Shown here one piece after another: positions 8,126 to 17,267 of a stretch of 64,000 nt of DNA (positions are counted from its first letter, which is position 1; each line of letters begins with the position of its first letter). Location of the stretch: the NCBI GenBank assembly GCA_030373045.1, contig JAUCPW010000018.1, positions 17,078 to 81,077 on the forward strand. The letters are read 5' to 3'. Under the pieces are notes generated by a model that worked only from the letters and a program-made list of their open reading frames with translations, did no database searches and was not told the DNA's origin. Made by a program: the position numbers and the translations under genes. The DNA is from Candidatus Fermentibacter sp. Lineage in GTDB: Bacteria > Fermentibacterota > Fermentibacteria > Fermentibacterales > Fermentibacteraceae.

Positions 8126-10333
8126 GTGAAGCTTCTGCTGTCCATGCTGGCAGTCCTGGCTACCTGCTCATATGCCGGACTCACCACCGTCGAGACATCG
8201 GTCGACGGAGTCGTCCTCGACCTCGACACGCCCTCTCCCAGGTTCGTCGAGACCGGGCTGGACGGCGGAGTCTACACCGGCGTCATGGTCGACGGCGCCG
8301 AGAACCTGGCCGAGGCAGGCCTCCCGGCCCTGCCGGTCTTCAGGACCTGGATCATCGCACCCATCGGCGCCGACATCGATGTCTCCCTCTCGGGCGAGAA
8401 CATCAGCACCATGAACATCCCGGGCATCTCGGCCGTCGCCCCCGGCATCCCTTCCGTGCCGAAGGACATGCCGAGGGATTCGTATGATCTCGTGTTCGAT
8501 CCCGCCGTCTATGTACGGGGCGAGGCCTATCCCTCCTCCTGGGTGCGCCTGGTCGACGCCGGGATGATGCGCGGCCGCCGGCTGATCCTCGTCGAGGTCG
8601 CCCCGGTCCGCTGGAACCCGGCCGACCGCTCCGTCGATGTCCTGAACTCCGCCACGATCAGCCTCGGCTTCTCGGGCGGCGACCTGGGCGCCACGTTCTC
8701 CGAGGCCGAGAGGATGGCCGCCTCCGGCTTCGAGCCCCTGCTCTCCTCGATGGCCGTCAACTACGGCACCTTCAACTCCTTCGACGGCACCGACTCCCCG
8801 ATGGGCGGCTACCTGATCATCGCCCACCCCGACTTCTACGAGACCTCCATGGATGACTTCGTCACCTGGAAGTCCATGTGCGGCTATGAGGTGACGCTCG
8901 TCTCCACGGCCACCACCGGCTCCACCGCCGCCGAGATCGAGGCCTACATCCTCGACGCCCTCTCCACCTGGAGCACGCCTCCGCAGTACGTGCTCCTCGT
9001 GGGCGACACCGGCTTCGTCCCCGGCAACACCGCCACCGCCTACAGCGGCGTCACCGATCTCTACTACGTGACGCTCGACGACGGCGGCTGGGTGCCCGAC
9101 GCGTTCATCGGCCGCTTCTCCGTCACCACCACCGGTCAGGCCATCATGATGGCCGACAGGGTGATAGACTACGAGCAGTGGGCCTACTCGGGTTCGGGCG
9201 CCTGGCTGCAGAGCCAGGGCTGGATCGCAAGCAGCGACAACTCCAGCATCTCCGAGGGCACCCACAACTACTGCATCACCAATTATGCCGCGCCGCTGGG
9301 CTTCACTGCCGACAAGCTCTACCCGGCCACCTACGGCTCCACCGCCGCGGACGTGGTCACCGCAGTGAACCAGGGCGAGTCGATGCTGACCTTCTCCGGC
9401 CACGGCTCCCAGACGAGCTGGGGCGACATGTCGTTCGGATCGAGCAACTTCAACCAGCTCACCAACGACAACATGTTCCCGGGCGTCCTGTCGCACGCTT
9501 GCCTGACAGGCGACTACGGCACCGCCACAGCCTGGTGCGAGACCTGGACGAGGACTCCGAGCAAGGGCGGCCTCTGGTTCTGGGGTTCCGTCCCCTCCTC
9601 GTACTGGACCGAGGACGACGTCCAGGAAAAGGGCGAGTATCTCAACTTCCTCGGAAACGGCATCTACTGGCCGATGGGCTTCCTCAACGGCGGCAAGCTC
9701 TCGCTGTATGCCTACCTCAGCGGCGGCGGCCTCACCAAGTACTACTTCGAGGGCTACAACCTGATGGGTGACCCGTCCGTGGAGATGTGGACCTGGCAGA
9801 CCTCGGGCGGCGTGCCCATGACCATGAGCGTCTCGCACCCCGCCTCGATCAGCGGTTCAGGCCCTGTCACCGTCACGGTCTCCGGTGCCTCCGACGACGC
9901 GCTGGTCTGTCTCTACAAGGCCGGCGAGGTCCTCGAGCGCGACTGGACCACCGGTGGCAGCGTGACCCTGTACGTCGGCCCCGCCACCACCGGCACCATG
10001 AACGTCACGGTCCGCAGGCACAACTACAAGCCCTACATGGGCACGATCAGCGTCACCGGCGTCGGCATCGAGGGCGGCGAGCCCGCGGGCCCCTTCACGA
10101 TGAGCTTCGCCAATCCGATGCCCGCGGCCGGCGTCGTGGCCATCACGGGTGAAGGCGCTGCCACGCTCGAGGTGTTCGACCTCACGGGCAGGATCGTGGC
10201 GAGACCCTTCCAGGGCGATGTCTCCGGCACGATGTCCGTGAACGCCACCGAGGGCCTGGCTTCCGGCGTCTACTTCTTCAGGCTGACGGGTGCGGGCGAG
10301 ACGACCTCCCGCGCCGTGACGGTCATCCGCTAG
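8126..10333 (+). CDS. secreted cysteine peptidase family C25 (gingipain-like) with C-terminal T9SS-type sorting domain
   Basis: GTG start, signal peptide LLLSMLAVLATCSYA; C25 core YLIIAHPDFYE…YVLLVGDTGFVPG…MLTFSGHGSQTSWGD (His)…LSHACLTGDYG (Cys); C-terminal ~80 aa …LEVFDLTGRIVARPF…GVYFFRLTGAGETTSRAVTVIR resembling a Por secretion tail. Confidence 0.75.
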   Translation: MKLLLSMLAVLATCSYAGLTTVETSVDGVVLDLDTPSPRFVETGLDGGVYTGVMVDGAENLAEAGLPALPVFRTWIIAPIGADIDVSLSGENISTMNIPGISAVAPGIPSVPKDMPRDSYDLVFDPAVYVRGEAYPSSWVRLVDAGMMRGRRLILVEVAPVRWNPADRSVDVLNSATISLGFSGGDLGATFSEAERMAASGFEPLLSSMAVNYGTFNSFDGTDSPMGGYLIIAHPDFYETSMDDFVTWKSMCGYEVTLVSTATTGSTAAEIEAYILDALSTWSTPPQYVLLVGDTGFVPGNTATAYSGVTDLYYVTLDDGGWVPDAFIGRFSVTTTGQAIMMADRVIDYEQWAYSGSGAWLQSQGWIASSDNSSISEGTHNYCITNYAAPLGFTADKLYPATYGSTAADVVTAVNQGESMLTFSGHGSQTSWGDMSFGSSNFNQLTNDNMFPGVLSHACLTGDYGTATAWCETWTRTPSKGGLWFWGSVPSSYWTEDDVQEKGEYLNFLGNGIYWPMGFLNGGKLSLYAYLSGGGLTKYYFEGYNLMGDPSVEMWTWQTSGGVPMTMSVSHPASISGSGPVTVTVSGASDDALVCLYKAGEVLERDWTTGGSVTLYVGPATTGTMNVTVRRHNYKPYMGTISVTGVGIEGGEPAGPFTMSFANPMPAAGVVAITGEGAATLEVFDLTGRIVARPFQGDVSGTMSVNATEGLASGVYFFRLTGAGETTSRAVTVIR

Positions 10334-10358
10334 ATTCCCTGCAGGACAGGATCGAAAA

Positions 10359-10382
10359 CCGGCCCGGGGCGACCCGGGCCGG
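10359..10382. terminator. bidirectional intrinsic terminator hairpin between convergent C25 and addA genes
   Basis: perfect 10-bp stem ccggcccggg / cccgggccgg with gcga loop; on the minus strand it is followed by TTTT (preceded by aaaa on plus strand). Confidence 0.45.
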
Positions 10383-10387
10383 TTCCG

Positions 10388-13300
10388 TTACCGCGGGGAA
10401 GGCCTGAAGTCCCCGACGTGACGAGCGACCCCGGGTGACAGGAAGGCCAGCCACACCGAGACCTCGCGCCCGAGCGCGTCGGCCAGGTCCTGCCCGTAGC
10501 CGGCCTGCCTCGCGATGTATCCCGAAGCCGCGGATGGCACTTCCGCCTCAGTCACGGAGTCCGTCTTGTAGTCCAGTGCGAAGAGCCTCCCGCCCTGTTC
10601 CGCGAGGATGTCGACATAGCTCCGGAGGCAGCCCTGGCGGCCCCGGGTGATGTACGGATACTCCCTGAGGGCGCGGGCCGTCTTCCGGATGTCGAACGGC
10701 AGCTTCATCGCGAAGAGGTTCAGGACCAGTTCGATCACCCTGGCAGGGTCGGCGCCGGAAGTGTCGCGCAGGGGTCTCCTCGCATCCAGCCATGCCTCCG
10801 GCTCCGCCAGGTCGATCTTCTCCAGGATCCTGTGCACGGTGAGCCCCAGCCTGATGGCCGGAGACCCGTCGGAGGCGTCAGGCGCCGGCTCCTCCGGGAC
10901 GACGGCGGACAGAACGGGGAGCGGCCTCTCCGAAGGGACCTGCGCAGGATCGATCCTCCGGACCGCCCTGTGCACCAGACCTCCCGTTCCCGGGGCCTCC
11001 GAGACGTCCAGCAATCCGTTGTCCGCCTCCCAGGCTCCCCGCAGCGCATTCACGAGTATCCCGTCGAAGCCTTCGGGCGCACGAGGCGGATCCTCCCAGG
11101 CGGATCTCCGGACGAAGACCACGAGCCCAGTCCTTGCCCTCGTGAGTGCGACGTACACCAGGCGCCTGGCCTCCGCCGCATCCTGCTGCGCCTCCCTCTC
11201 CCTGAGCTCGTCGAGCAGCGGCGTGCCGAGGTCCGCACCGAAGGAGACGGCTGCCCTGCGGGCCTTCTCGTGGAGCAGGACGGGTCCTCTGGACCTCCTC
11301 GAATCGTGCTTCCCGAGGGGGGGGATGAGCATGACGCCGTCGAACGTTAGCCCCTTCGACTTGTGGATGGTGGTCACCGAGACGGTCCCCGGGGCAGTCA
11401 CGGGGGAAGGCTCCTCCAGTATCCCCTCTCCGGGGCCATCGGCGAGGGCCTCCCTAAGGTCGGCGAGCGAGGCGAAAGCCCCGCCCGCGGCCTGCTCGAT
11501 CAGAAAGCCCAGATTAGAGAGCCTCCGGTCGGGTTCCCATCCCGAGGCGGCGAGTACCGGTGCGATCTCGGTCTCGCAGAGCAGGAGATGGAGGAAGTCG
11601 CCGACCGGCATGCGGGCGGAGGCGCTGCGGAGCCGCGACAGCATCTCGCAGGCCCTGGCCGCCTGCGGTACCCTGCCGGCGAAGCCCTCCGGGAGCGAAG
11701 GCCATCCAGCGAGGCCCGCCGCCACCGCTCTCGTGATCTCACCGTCCTCCACACCGAAGAAGGGAGACCTCAGAGTGTGGATCAGAGCCCTCCCGTCACC
11801 CGGGAACGAAAGGCAGGAGAGCATCTCCCTCAGGTCGACGGTCTCCGGCCTCGCCTTGAATGTCCTCCCCACTGTCGCCGAGTACGGTATGCCGGCCTCC
11901 GACAGGCGTGCGAGAAGTATCCCCGCATGTGTCCCCGCCGTCATGAGGATGGCGGCCCCGCCCCGGGCGGGCTCCCCTTCCGGCCCGCACGCCAGGCTGC
12001 GGGCGCACCATCCGGCGGCCATGTCCACGAGTTCGCCGGGTGTCGGACCCGGATCGTCACCGGTCGCTGCATCGTCGAGAAGGACGACGACCGGTCTGGG
12101 GCCTTCGGGAGCGTCCGGCCGCGGCTCGAAATCCGAGTATCCGCAGTCGAAGGGGGAGGTGCCGCCGAAGATGAACGGCCCGGCCGCGTTGACCAGCGAG
12201 ACGATGGCGCGGCTGCTCCTGAAGCTCACGGTGATCCTCTCCGAGAGAGTGCCCGCCGTGTCGGCCTCGAAGCCCCGGCGCTCCTCGGCGTATAGCTCGA
12301 GATCGGCCTGCCTCCAGGCGTAGATCGACTGCTTCGGGTCGCCGACCACCGTTATCGACCCGCGCCCGTAGCCCCCGGAGCCCGCGAGGATGCTCCTGAA
12401 GATGGCGATCTGCTCTGAACTCGTGTCCTGGTATTCGTCCACGAGGAAATGGACGAACCTGGAGGAGATGGCCCTCCTCAGGTCCTCCGACTTCTCGAGC
12501 GCCCCGCACAGGCGCGAGAGTATCTCGTCGAAGGACAGGTTCGACCGGTCGGATGCCCGGATCGAGCGGAGCCGCTCCGTGAACGGGGGGACGAGGCGCT
12601 CGAACTGCTCCGCCAGCGGCAGCGAGCGGAGGATCACCTTGAACCGCCCGAAGAGGCTCTTCGCCTCGGCCAGGGTCCCGTCCGGCCATGAGGCCTTCCT
12701 GCCGCCCTGGAGATTGATGGCGCCGACGGCCCTGTCGATCGTGCCCGGCGGGGCGTGGCCGTCCAGCACGGGCCGGGCAAGTTCGATGAAGCAGGCGATC
12801 TTCGAGGCCATCGCATCGGTCGGATCGGCCTCACCGGCAAGAGCTTCCAGCCGGGCCAGCGCCGATGACGCGGCGGCACGGGCGCCGGCGCCGTCGCTGC
12901 TCAGAGAGGCGGCATCCCCCGCCCAGGGCCTGGAGGCGAGGGTCATCGCGATGCCCGGCAGGCTGCTGCCGCAGGCGGCGACGAGGTCGGCGCACCCGGC
13001 GAGCCTCGCGGGGTCCTCCAGCAGGTGCTCCTCCCAGAGCCTCGACAGGTCGGCTGAAGTGAAGGCGCACGCAGAGATCTCGAAGGAGGGGTCCGTGTCC
13101 GTGAGGTGCGGGTACTCCCTGAGCATCGAGGATGCGAAGGAGTGGATCGTCGTCACGTAGGCCCCCGGGATCTGCGCCGACAGCCTGCGCTTGAGCTCTC
13201 CTTCGCCGCCTTCGTCGGGCATTGCCGCGATCCTCGACCTGATCCGCCGCCTGAGCTCGGCCGCAGCCGCCTCGCCGAAGGTCAGGACCGCCATACTGTC

Positions 13301-13456
13301 GATGCCCCCGAAATGCCGCGCGAGCCGCATGACCCTGTCGGTCATCAGGAACGTCTTGCCGGTGCCGGCGCTGGCCTCGACGGACACGGACCGCGACACT
13401 TCGGAGACTATCATCTCCCTTGCGACGGCGTCGGCAGGGCGGGGGGGCTCAGGCAT
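10388..13456 (-). CDS. addA: AddA-like ATP-dependent helicase/nuclease (UvrD/REP helicase plus PD-(D/E)XK nuclease)
   Basis: N-terminal Walker A SVEASAGTGKTF, UvrD-type helicase body, C-terminal …LDYKTDSV…YIARQAGYGQDL nuclease motif; longest ORF starts at 13504 but ATG at 13456 (MPEPP…) gives an 8-nt overlap with addB stop; start uncertain. Confidence 0.65.
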   Translation of the reverse strand: MPEPPRPADAVAREMIVSEVSRSVSVEASAGTGKTFLMTDRVMRLARHFGGIDSMAVLTFGEAAAAELRRRIRSRIAAMPDEGGEGELKRRLSAQIPGAYVTTIHSFASSMLREYPHLTDTDPSFEISACAFTSADLSRLWEEHLLEDPARLAGCADLVAACGSSLPGIAMTLASRPWAGDAASLSSDGAGARAAASSALARLEALAGEADPTDAMASKIACFIELARPVLDGHAPPGTIDRAVGAINLQGGRKASWPDGTLAEAKSLFGRFKVILRSLPLAEQFERLVPPFTERLRSIRASDRSNLSFDEILSRLCGALEKSEDLRRAISSRFVHFLVDEYQDTSSEQIAIFRSILAGSGGYGRGSITVVGDPKQSIYAWRQADLELYAEERRGFEADTAGTLSERITVSFRSSRAIVSLVNAAGPFIFGGTSPFDCGYSDFEPRPDAPEGPRPVVVLLDDAATGDDPGPTPGELVDMAAGWCARSLACGPEGEPARGGAAILMTAGTHAGILLARLSEAGIPYSATVGRTFKARPETVDLREMLSCLSFPGDGRALIHTLRSPFFGVEDGEITRAVAAGLAGWPSLPEGFAGRVPQAARACEMLSRLRSASARMPVGDFLHLLLCETEIAPVLAASGWEPDRRLSNLGFLIEQAAGGAFASLADLREALADGPGEGILEEPSPVTAPGTVSVTTIHKSKGLTFDGVMLIPPLGKHDSRRSRGPVLLHEKARRAAVSFGADLGTPLLDELREREAQQDAAEARRLVYVALTRARTGLVVFVRRSAWEDPPRAPEGFDGILVNALRGAWEADNGLLDVSEAPGTGGLVHRAVRRIDPAQVPSERPLPVLSAVVPEEPAPDASDGSPAIRLGLTVHRILEKIDLAEPEAWLDARRPLRDTSGADPARVIELVLNLFAMKLPFDIRKTARALREYPYITRGRQGCLRSYVDILAEQGGRLFALDYKTDSVTEAEVPSAASGYIARQAGYGQDLADALGREVSVWLAFLSPGVARHVGDFRPSPR

Positions 13457-16400
13457 CCTCATCGACGCCCTCCGTACCGGCATCCCAGGAAGGCAGCTCG
13501 CCACCGGGCCCTCTTGTCGCGGCCAGCTTCGGCCCTATCCTCTCGTCCGGCCCCTTCCTGCAGAGCCCGGCCGCCCAGCAGCCCCTGCACGGGGCACCGG
13601 TGAGCGCTCCCGCGGGTGGGAACATGCCGGCACGGATCGAGCGCACCGCCGACTCCGCGCGCGACAGCGAGGCTTCCATCACCGGCCCGAGTTCGTCCCG
13701 CCCGAATGTGGTCTCGAGGGAGGGCTTCGAGGCATACAGCAGGCCGGCCCTGTCCACGGGCGTTCCTAGAGCTTCGAGGATCGCGGCGTAGAGAGGCACC
13801 TGGAGGTATTCGCCCCCGTCGATGCCCTTCCGCACGGCCCGGAGGCCCGGGGTCGCGCTGCCCGTCTTGAGATCGAGGACGACCCTCCCGGCCCCGTTGC
13901 GCAGGATCATGTCGATCCTTCCGGCGAGCTCGATGCCGCCCGCCCCGGTGCGTGCACGGCGCCCCGTCTCGATGGAATCATCCCCGTCGGGCTCCAGCCC
14001 CTCGTCCTCTAGGAAGGCCAGGATGCCTGCGAGCTCTGCCGCGGCCGCCTCCGCGAACCTTCCGGCGAGCACGGGGCTGCCCATCAGCCCTGCGAGATCG
14101 AGCTCCGCACAGGCCTGCGCGACCGCCCCGGAGGCCGGCCTGCCCGGCTCGGCGAGGCAGAGGGAGAGGGCTCTGTGCATGACGTTGCCCCTCGCTAGGG
14201 GGGGAGGCTTCGAGAGGATCGCCGCATCGCACGGTTCGGCCAGGTGCCAGAGCCTCGCGGCCATGTAGCGGAACGGGCAAGCCGCCCAGTCCTGGAGCCT
14301 GGAGGGCGAGAACGCGCCGTCGGCCAGCCCGGGCATCGCGCCCAGGATTCCGTCGCCAGGGCCGAACGGCGATCCGCGGTCGAGCCTGGAGGCCTCGACG
14401 GCGCAGGCCTCGGCGAAGAACGGCCTGTGCAGGGGGAGGGTCCCTCCGAAGGCGTCCCTGGTATCCGCCTGGCCGGCCCGTGAGCCCCCGAAATGGATGG
14501 AGACGGGGTCGGCCGGGAGCGTGGATGCACATCCCGCGAGCATTCCGGCGATCCGCTCCGAAGGCTCCACGAGGGGCTCGATGAACGGCGACCAGGAGAC
14601 CTCGCGGCCGGCGGCGTCCATGGTCATCCTCACCAGCGTGAGGCGCTCGCCAGCGCATTCCAGAACCTGCCTGAAGAGAAGAGCCTGCTCCGTCTCCCGC
14701 AGGGACGACGGAGGAAGCTCGAGGCCCTTCCGCAGAGCATCGGGCAGCCTGGGATCGTTCCTGGCCACCCCCGGCAGGACGTCCTCCTCGAGGCCGAACA
14801 CGATGACGTGGCGGAAGCTCGTGCCCCTGGCCTCCTCCATCTCGAGGAGCTCCACCGATCCCGGGGTGCCCGGCCTCTCCATGAAGACCGTCTCGAGGAT
14901 CACGTCCAGCATCTCCGCGAACCTGTCGAATCCGACGCTCCCGCGGTACACGGGCGCGGCGAGACCGGGGAGCGATCCGACCGCCGCTCCGGCATGGCCG
15001 TCCGGCCCGGTGAGGATCATCGCGGCCCTGCACAGACCTTCGAGCATGACCCCCGGCGGGGCGGTGCCGGGGATCAGTGCGTCACCTTCGAGGAGGGCCT
15101 TCGCGAGCGCGGAAGCCCGTGCGTGGACGGCCCCGTCGAGAGCCGCCATCCTTCCGAGCATCTCCCTGCCCCTTCTGACCCCCGATGCCTGCAATGCGAG
15201 CGCGATCTCGTCGGGCGAGGCCCGGAATGCGTCCGCCACCGCCGCCGAACCGGACACGCGGGTCAGCAGGCCGTGGTGGAAGTCGAGGTTCCTCAGCCTG
15301 GCGATGTCAGAGAGGAGCGAACCCGCGGGCAGGCTTCCGAGCCTGCACTTCCAGGGCCGGGCGACCGGGATCCCCTCCGCCCTGAGGAACGTCTCGACGG
15401 TTTCGAAGGCCTGTCCCTTCCCTACGACCGCGGTCTGCGAAGCGGGGATCCCTGATGCGGACGGACCCGCGAGAGAATCGATCACGGCCCTCGCGACCCC
15501 GGCCGGGCCGGGCGCGTTCACCAGCCTGAATCCCTCCGGGATGATCCTGATGTCGCCCGAAAGGAGGGCATCGGCAAACGTGAGGAACCGGGACGGGGGG
15601 CGGTTCGAGTCGGCGCGCATCCTGTCGCCGGCCCTGCCGTCCAGCAGGAGTCTCGTCGGCCTGCCGATCCCCTTCCAGGCTTCGAGGGCGGACGGGACCG
15701 GGCACATGAAGACCACGCAGGGGAGGGATTCGACCAGGTGCCTCAGCATGCGCCTCTGCAGGGGGTTCAGGTCGAGGAACCCGTAGAGGATGATCGAGCG
15801 GTACCGGGATGGCCGTGACGACAGGGCCGACATGGCGGCCTGGTCGTGAGTGCCGGGGAAGAGGCCCGTCCTGAGCCGCACATACTTCCGGAACGCGATC
15901 CCGACGGCCTCGACCGTGCTCCGTTCAGCCGCGGTGACGGGATCGCCCCCGGATTCGGATACGAAGGCGCTCACGTCGTAGGAGGCGGGATCTATGCCCC
16001 TGTCCAGCAGATCCTTCTCGAAGAATGCGGAAAGGGAGCGGGCGGCATGGGCGACGCCCGAGAGCGCGGAGTAGGGCAGTCCGGCCGGGATGGATCCCAT
16101 CGCATCCATGGCGAGCAGCGTGCGGTCAGCCTCGCCCGGGTCCTCGCAGGAGAAGGGATCGGAAGCGAGCCTGGCGGCGAGCTGGGGGAATCCGGGGAGA
16201 ACCTCCAGCCCCGGCAGGATTCCCTCGCCGGCATCGGCGAGCACCCGGAGGACCCTCCTCTGGAGGGCCGATCCCGCCGGGACGAGGGCTGCGGGGCCGA
16301 GGGCAAGGGCTCTGGAAACCTCGCCGGGAAGGACCGATTCGAGCGCCCTGTAGTGTCCTTCGATCAGTTTGAGCATGTTCGAAGATACCGGGCGACAGGG

Positions 16401-16505
16401 AACCCAGGGAGTCGACAGGCGGGAGGACGCGTTGAGCAGGTCGGGCGAGCAGGCTTCCGATGGCAGGAAACTCGTTGCGCTGAGGCAGAAGATGTCCTCG
16501 GCCAA
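13449..16505 (-). CDS. addB: AddB-like helicase-nuclease subunit (PD-(D/E)XK nuclease with C-terminal Cys cluster)
   Basis: C-terminal …VVLDLKTGSAT…YLQVPLYAAIL… plus CRGCWAAGLC cysteine cluster as in AddB iron-sulfur nuclease domain; alternative start at 16376 (MLKLIEGHY…) would remove the overlap with the divergent gene. Confidence 0.55.
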   Translation of the reverse strand: MAEDIFCLSATSFLPSEACSPDLLNASSRLSTPWVPCRPVSSNMLKLIEGHYRALESVLPGEVSRALALGPAALVPAGSALQRRVLRVLADAGEGILPGLEVLPGFPQLAARLASDPFSCEDPGEADRTLLAMDAMGSIPAGLPYSALSGVAHAARSLSAFFEKDLLDRGIDPASYDVSAFVSESGGDPVTAAERSTVEAVGIAFRKYVRLRTGLFPGTHDQAAMSALSSRPSRYRSIILYGFLDLNPLQRRMLRHLVESLPCVVFMCPVPSALEAWKGIGRPTRLLLDGRAGDRMRADSNRPPSRFLTFADALLSGDIRIIPEGFRLVNAPGPAGVARAVIDSLAGPSASGIPASQTAVVGKGQAFETVETFLRAEGIPVARPWKCRLGSLPAGSLLSDIARLRNLDFHHGLLTRVSGSAAVADAFRASPDEIALALQASGVRRGREMLGRMAALDGAVHARASALAKALLEGDALIPGTAPPGVMLEGLCRAAMILTGPDGHAGAAVGSLPGLAAPVYRGSVGFDRFAEMLDVILETVFMERPGTPGSVELLEMEEARGTSFRHVIVFGLEEDVLPGVARNDPRLPDALRKGLELPPSSLRETEQALLFRQVLECAGERLTLVRMTMDAAGREVSWSPFIEPLVEPSERIAGMLAGCASTLPADPVSIHFGGSRAGQADTRDAFGGTLPLHRPFFAEACAVEASRLDRGSPFGPGDGILGAMPGLADGAFSPSRLQDWAACPFRYMAARLWHLAEPCDAAILSKPPPLARGNVMHRALSLCLAEPGRPASGAVAQACAELDLAGLMGSPVLAGRFAEAAAAELAGILAFLEDEGLEPDGDDSIETGRRARTGAGGIELAGRIDMILRNGAGRVVLDLKTGSATPGLRAVRKGIDGGEYLQVPLYAAILEALGTPVDRAGLLYASKPSLETTFGRDELGPVMEASLSRAESAVRSIRAGMFPPAGALTGAPCRGCWAAGLCRKGPDERIGPKLAATRGPGGELPSWDAGTEGVDEDA

Positions 16506-17193
16506 CCCCTACGAACTCGGCCGGATGAGGGCGCAGGCGGTACGGCTGCTGTTCAGGCTCGGGAATCCTGCCGCCGCCATGGACGAGGCCAGGCTCCTGT
16601 GCGGGGAGCAGCCGGACAAGGCCTACTCCTGGATGGTATTCGGAGACGCCTGCGCCACTGCAGGCGCCTGGCGGGACGCCCTGGAGGCCTTCCTCAGGGC
16701 CGCGGCCCTCAGGAGGGAGGCGGGGCAGGAGGCCGAGGCGCTCAGGACCGAACTCGGTCCGGCATACCGCACCGCGGAGGGGCTGGGAGACATCGGGAGA
16801 TGTCTCGGCCTCTCGTCAGGAACGGGCGGGGGCCTGCTGGGGCGCACCCTGCATGCCAGGGCGCTCAGGCTCTCCGGGAAGGATTCATCCGTACCGGCGG
16901 CCCCTGCAGGGTCGGGGTTCCTCGTCGAGGGGCTCCATGTGCTCGAATCCTGCCACAGGGGAGCGAAACCCTACGGCCTGCCGGACATCGTCCTCGGCTG
17001 GGGAGCCTCGGAACCGGAGTGGAGATGGCGGATAATGGCCGAAGGGATGATCCTCTTCAGGGAGGCCGGCCTGGCGCAGAACCCCTGGAAGAAGCCCCTG
17101 GCGTCATTCGAGGGGCCGGTGCTGGATCCGCGGTACAGAGAGGAATCGAAGCTGGTCGCCGCCCTGATGGAGAAGAAACCGGCCGTGCCGTGA
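16492..17193 (+). CDS. hypothetical protein, TPR-like helical
   Basis: ORF 16369..17193; preferred start ATG 16492 (MSSANPYELGRMRAQ…) preceded by GAGG 9 nt upstream; the longer version would overlap addB. Confidence 0.35.
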   Translation: MSSANPYELGRMRAQAVRLLFRLGNPAAAMDEARLLCGEQPDKAYSWMVFGDACATAGAWRDALEAFLRAAALRREAGQEAEALRTELGPAYRTAEGLGDIGRCLGLSSGTGGGLLGRTLHARALRLSGKDSSVPAAPAGSGFLVEGLHVLESCHRGAKPYGLPDIVLGWGASEPEWRWRIMAEGMILFREAGLAQNPWKKPLASFEGPVLDPRYREESKLVAALMEKKPAVP

Positions 17194-17267
17194 CCGGCCG
17201 TTTCTGATTAGGATACGAATCCCGGCTCGACCGGGGAACCACAGCCATTCATCGGAGGATCTCTCAT

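Noticed and set aside
8168-9838. 556-aa minus-strand ORF antisense to the C25 peptidase
   Set aside because: Gly/Arg/Asp-rich, no signal or domain pattern. The plus-strand C25 gene has clear catalytic motifs.
8126-10333. Assigning the window to Bacteroidota because of T9SS-type CTDs and gingipain-family proteases
   Set aside because: Extreme GC richness argues against classical Bacteroidota; CTD-type sorting domains also occur in other FCB-group and candidate-phylum lineages. No taxonomic call is made.
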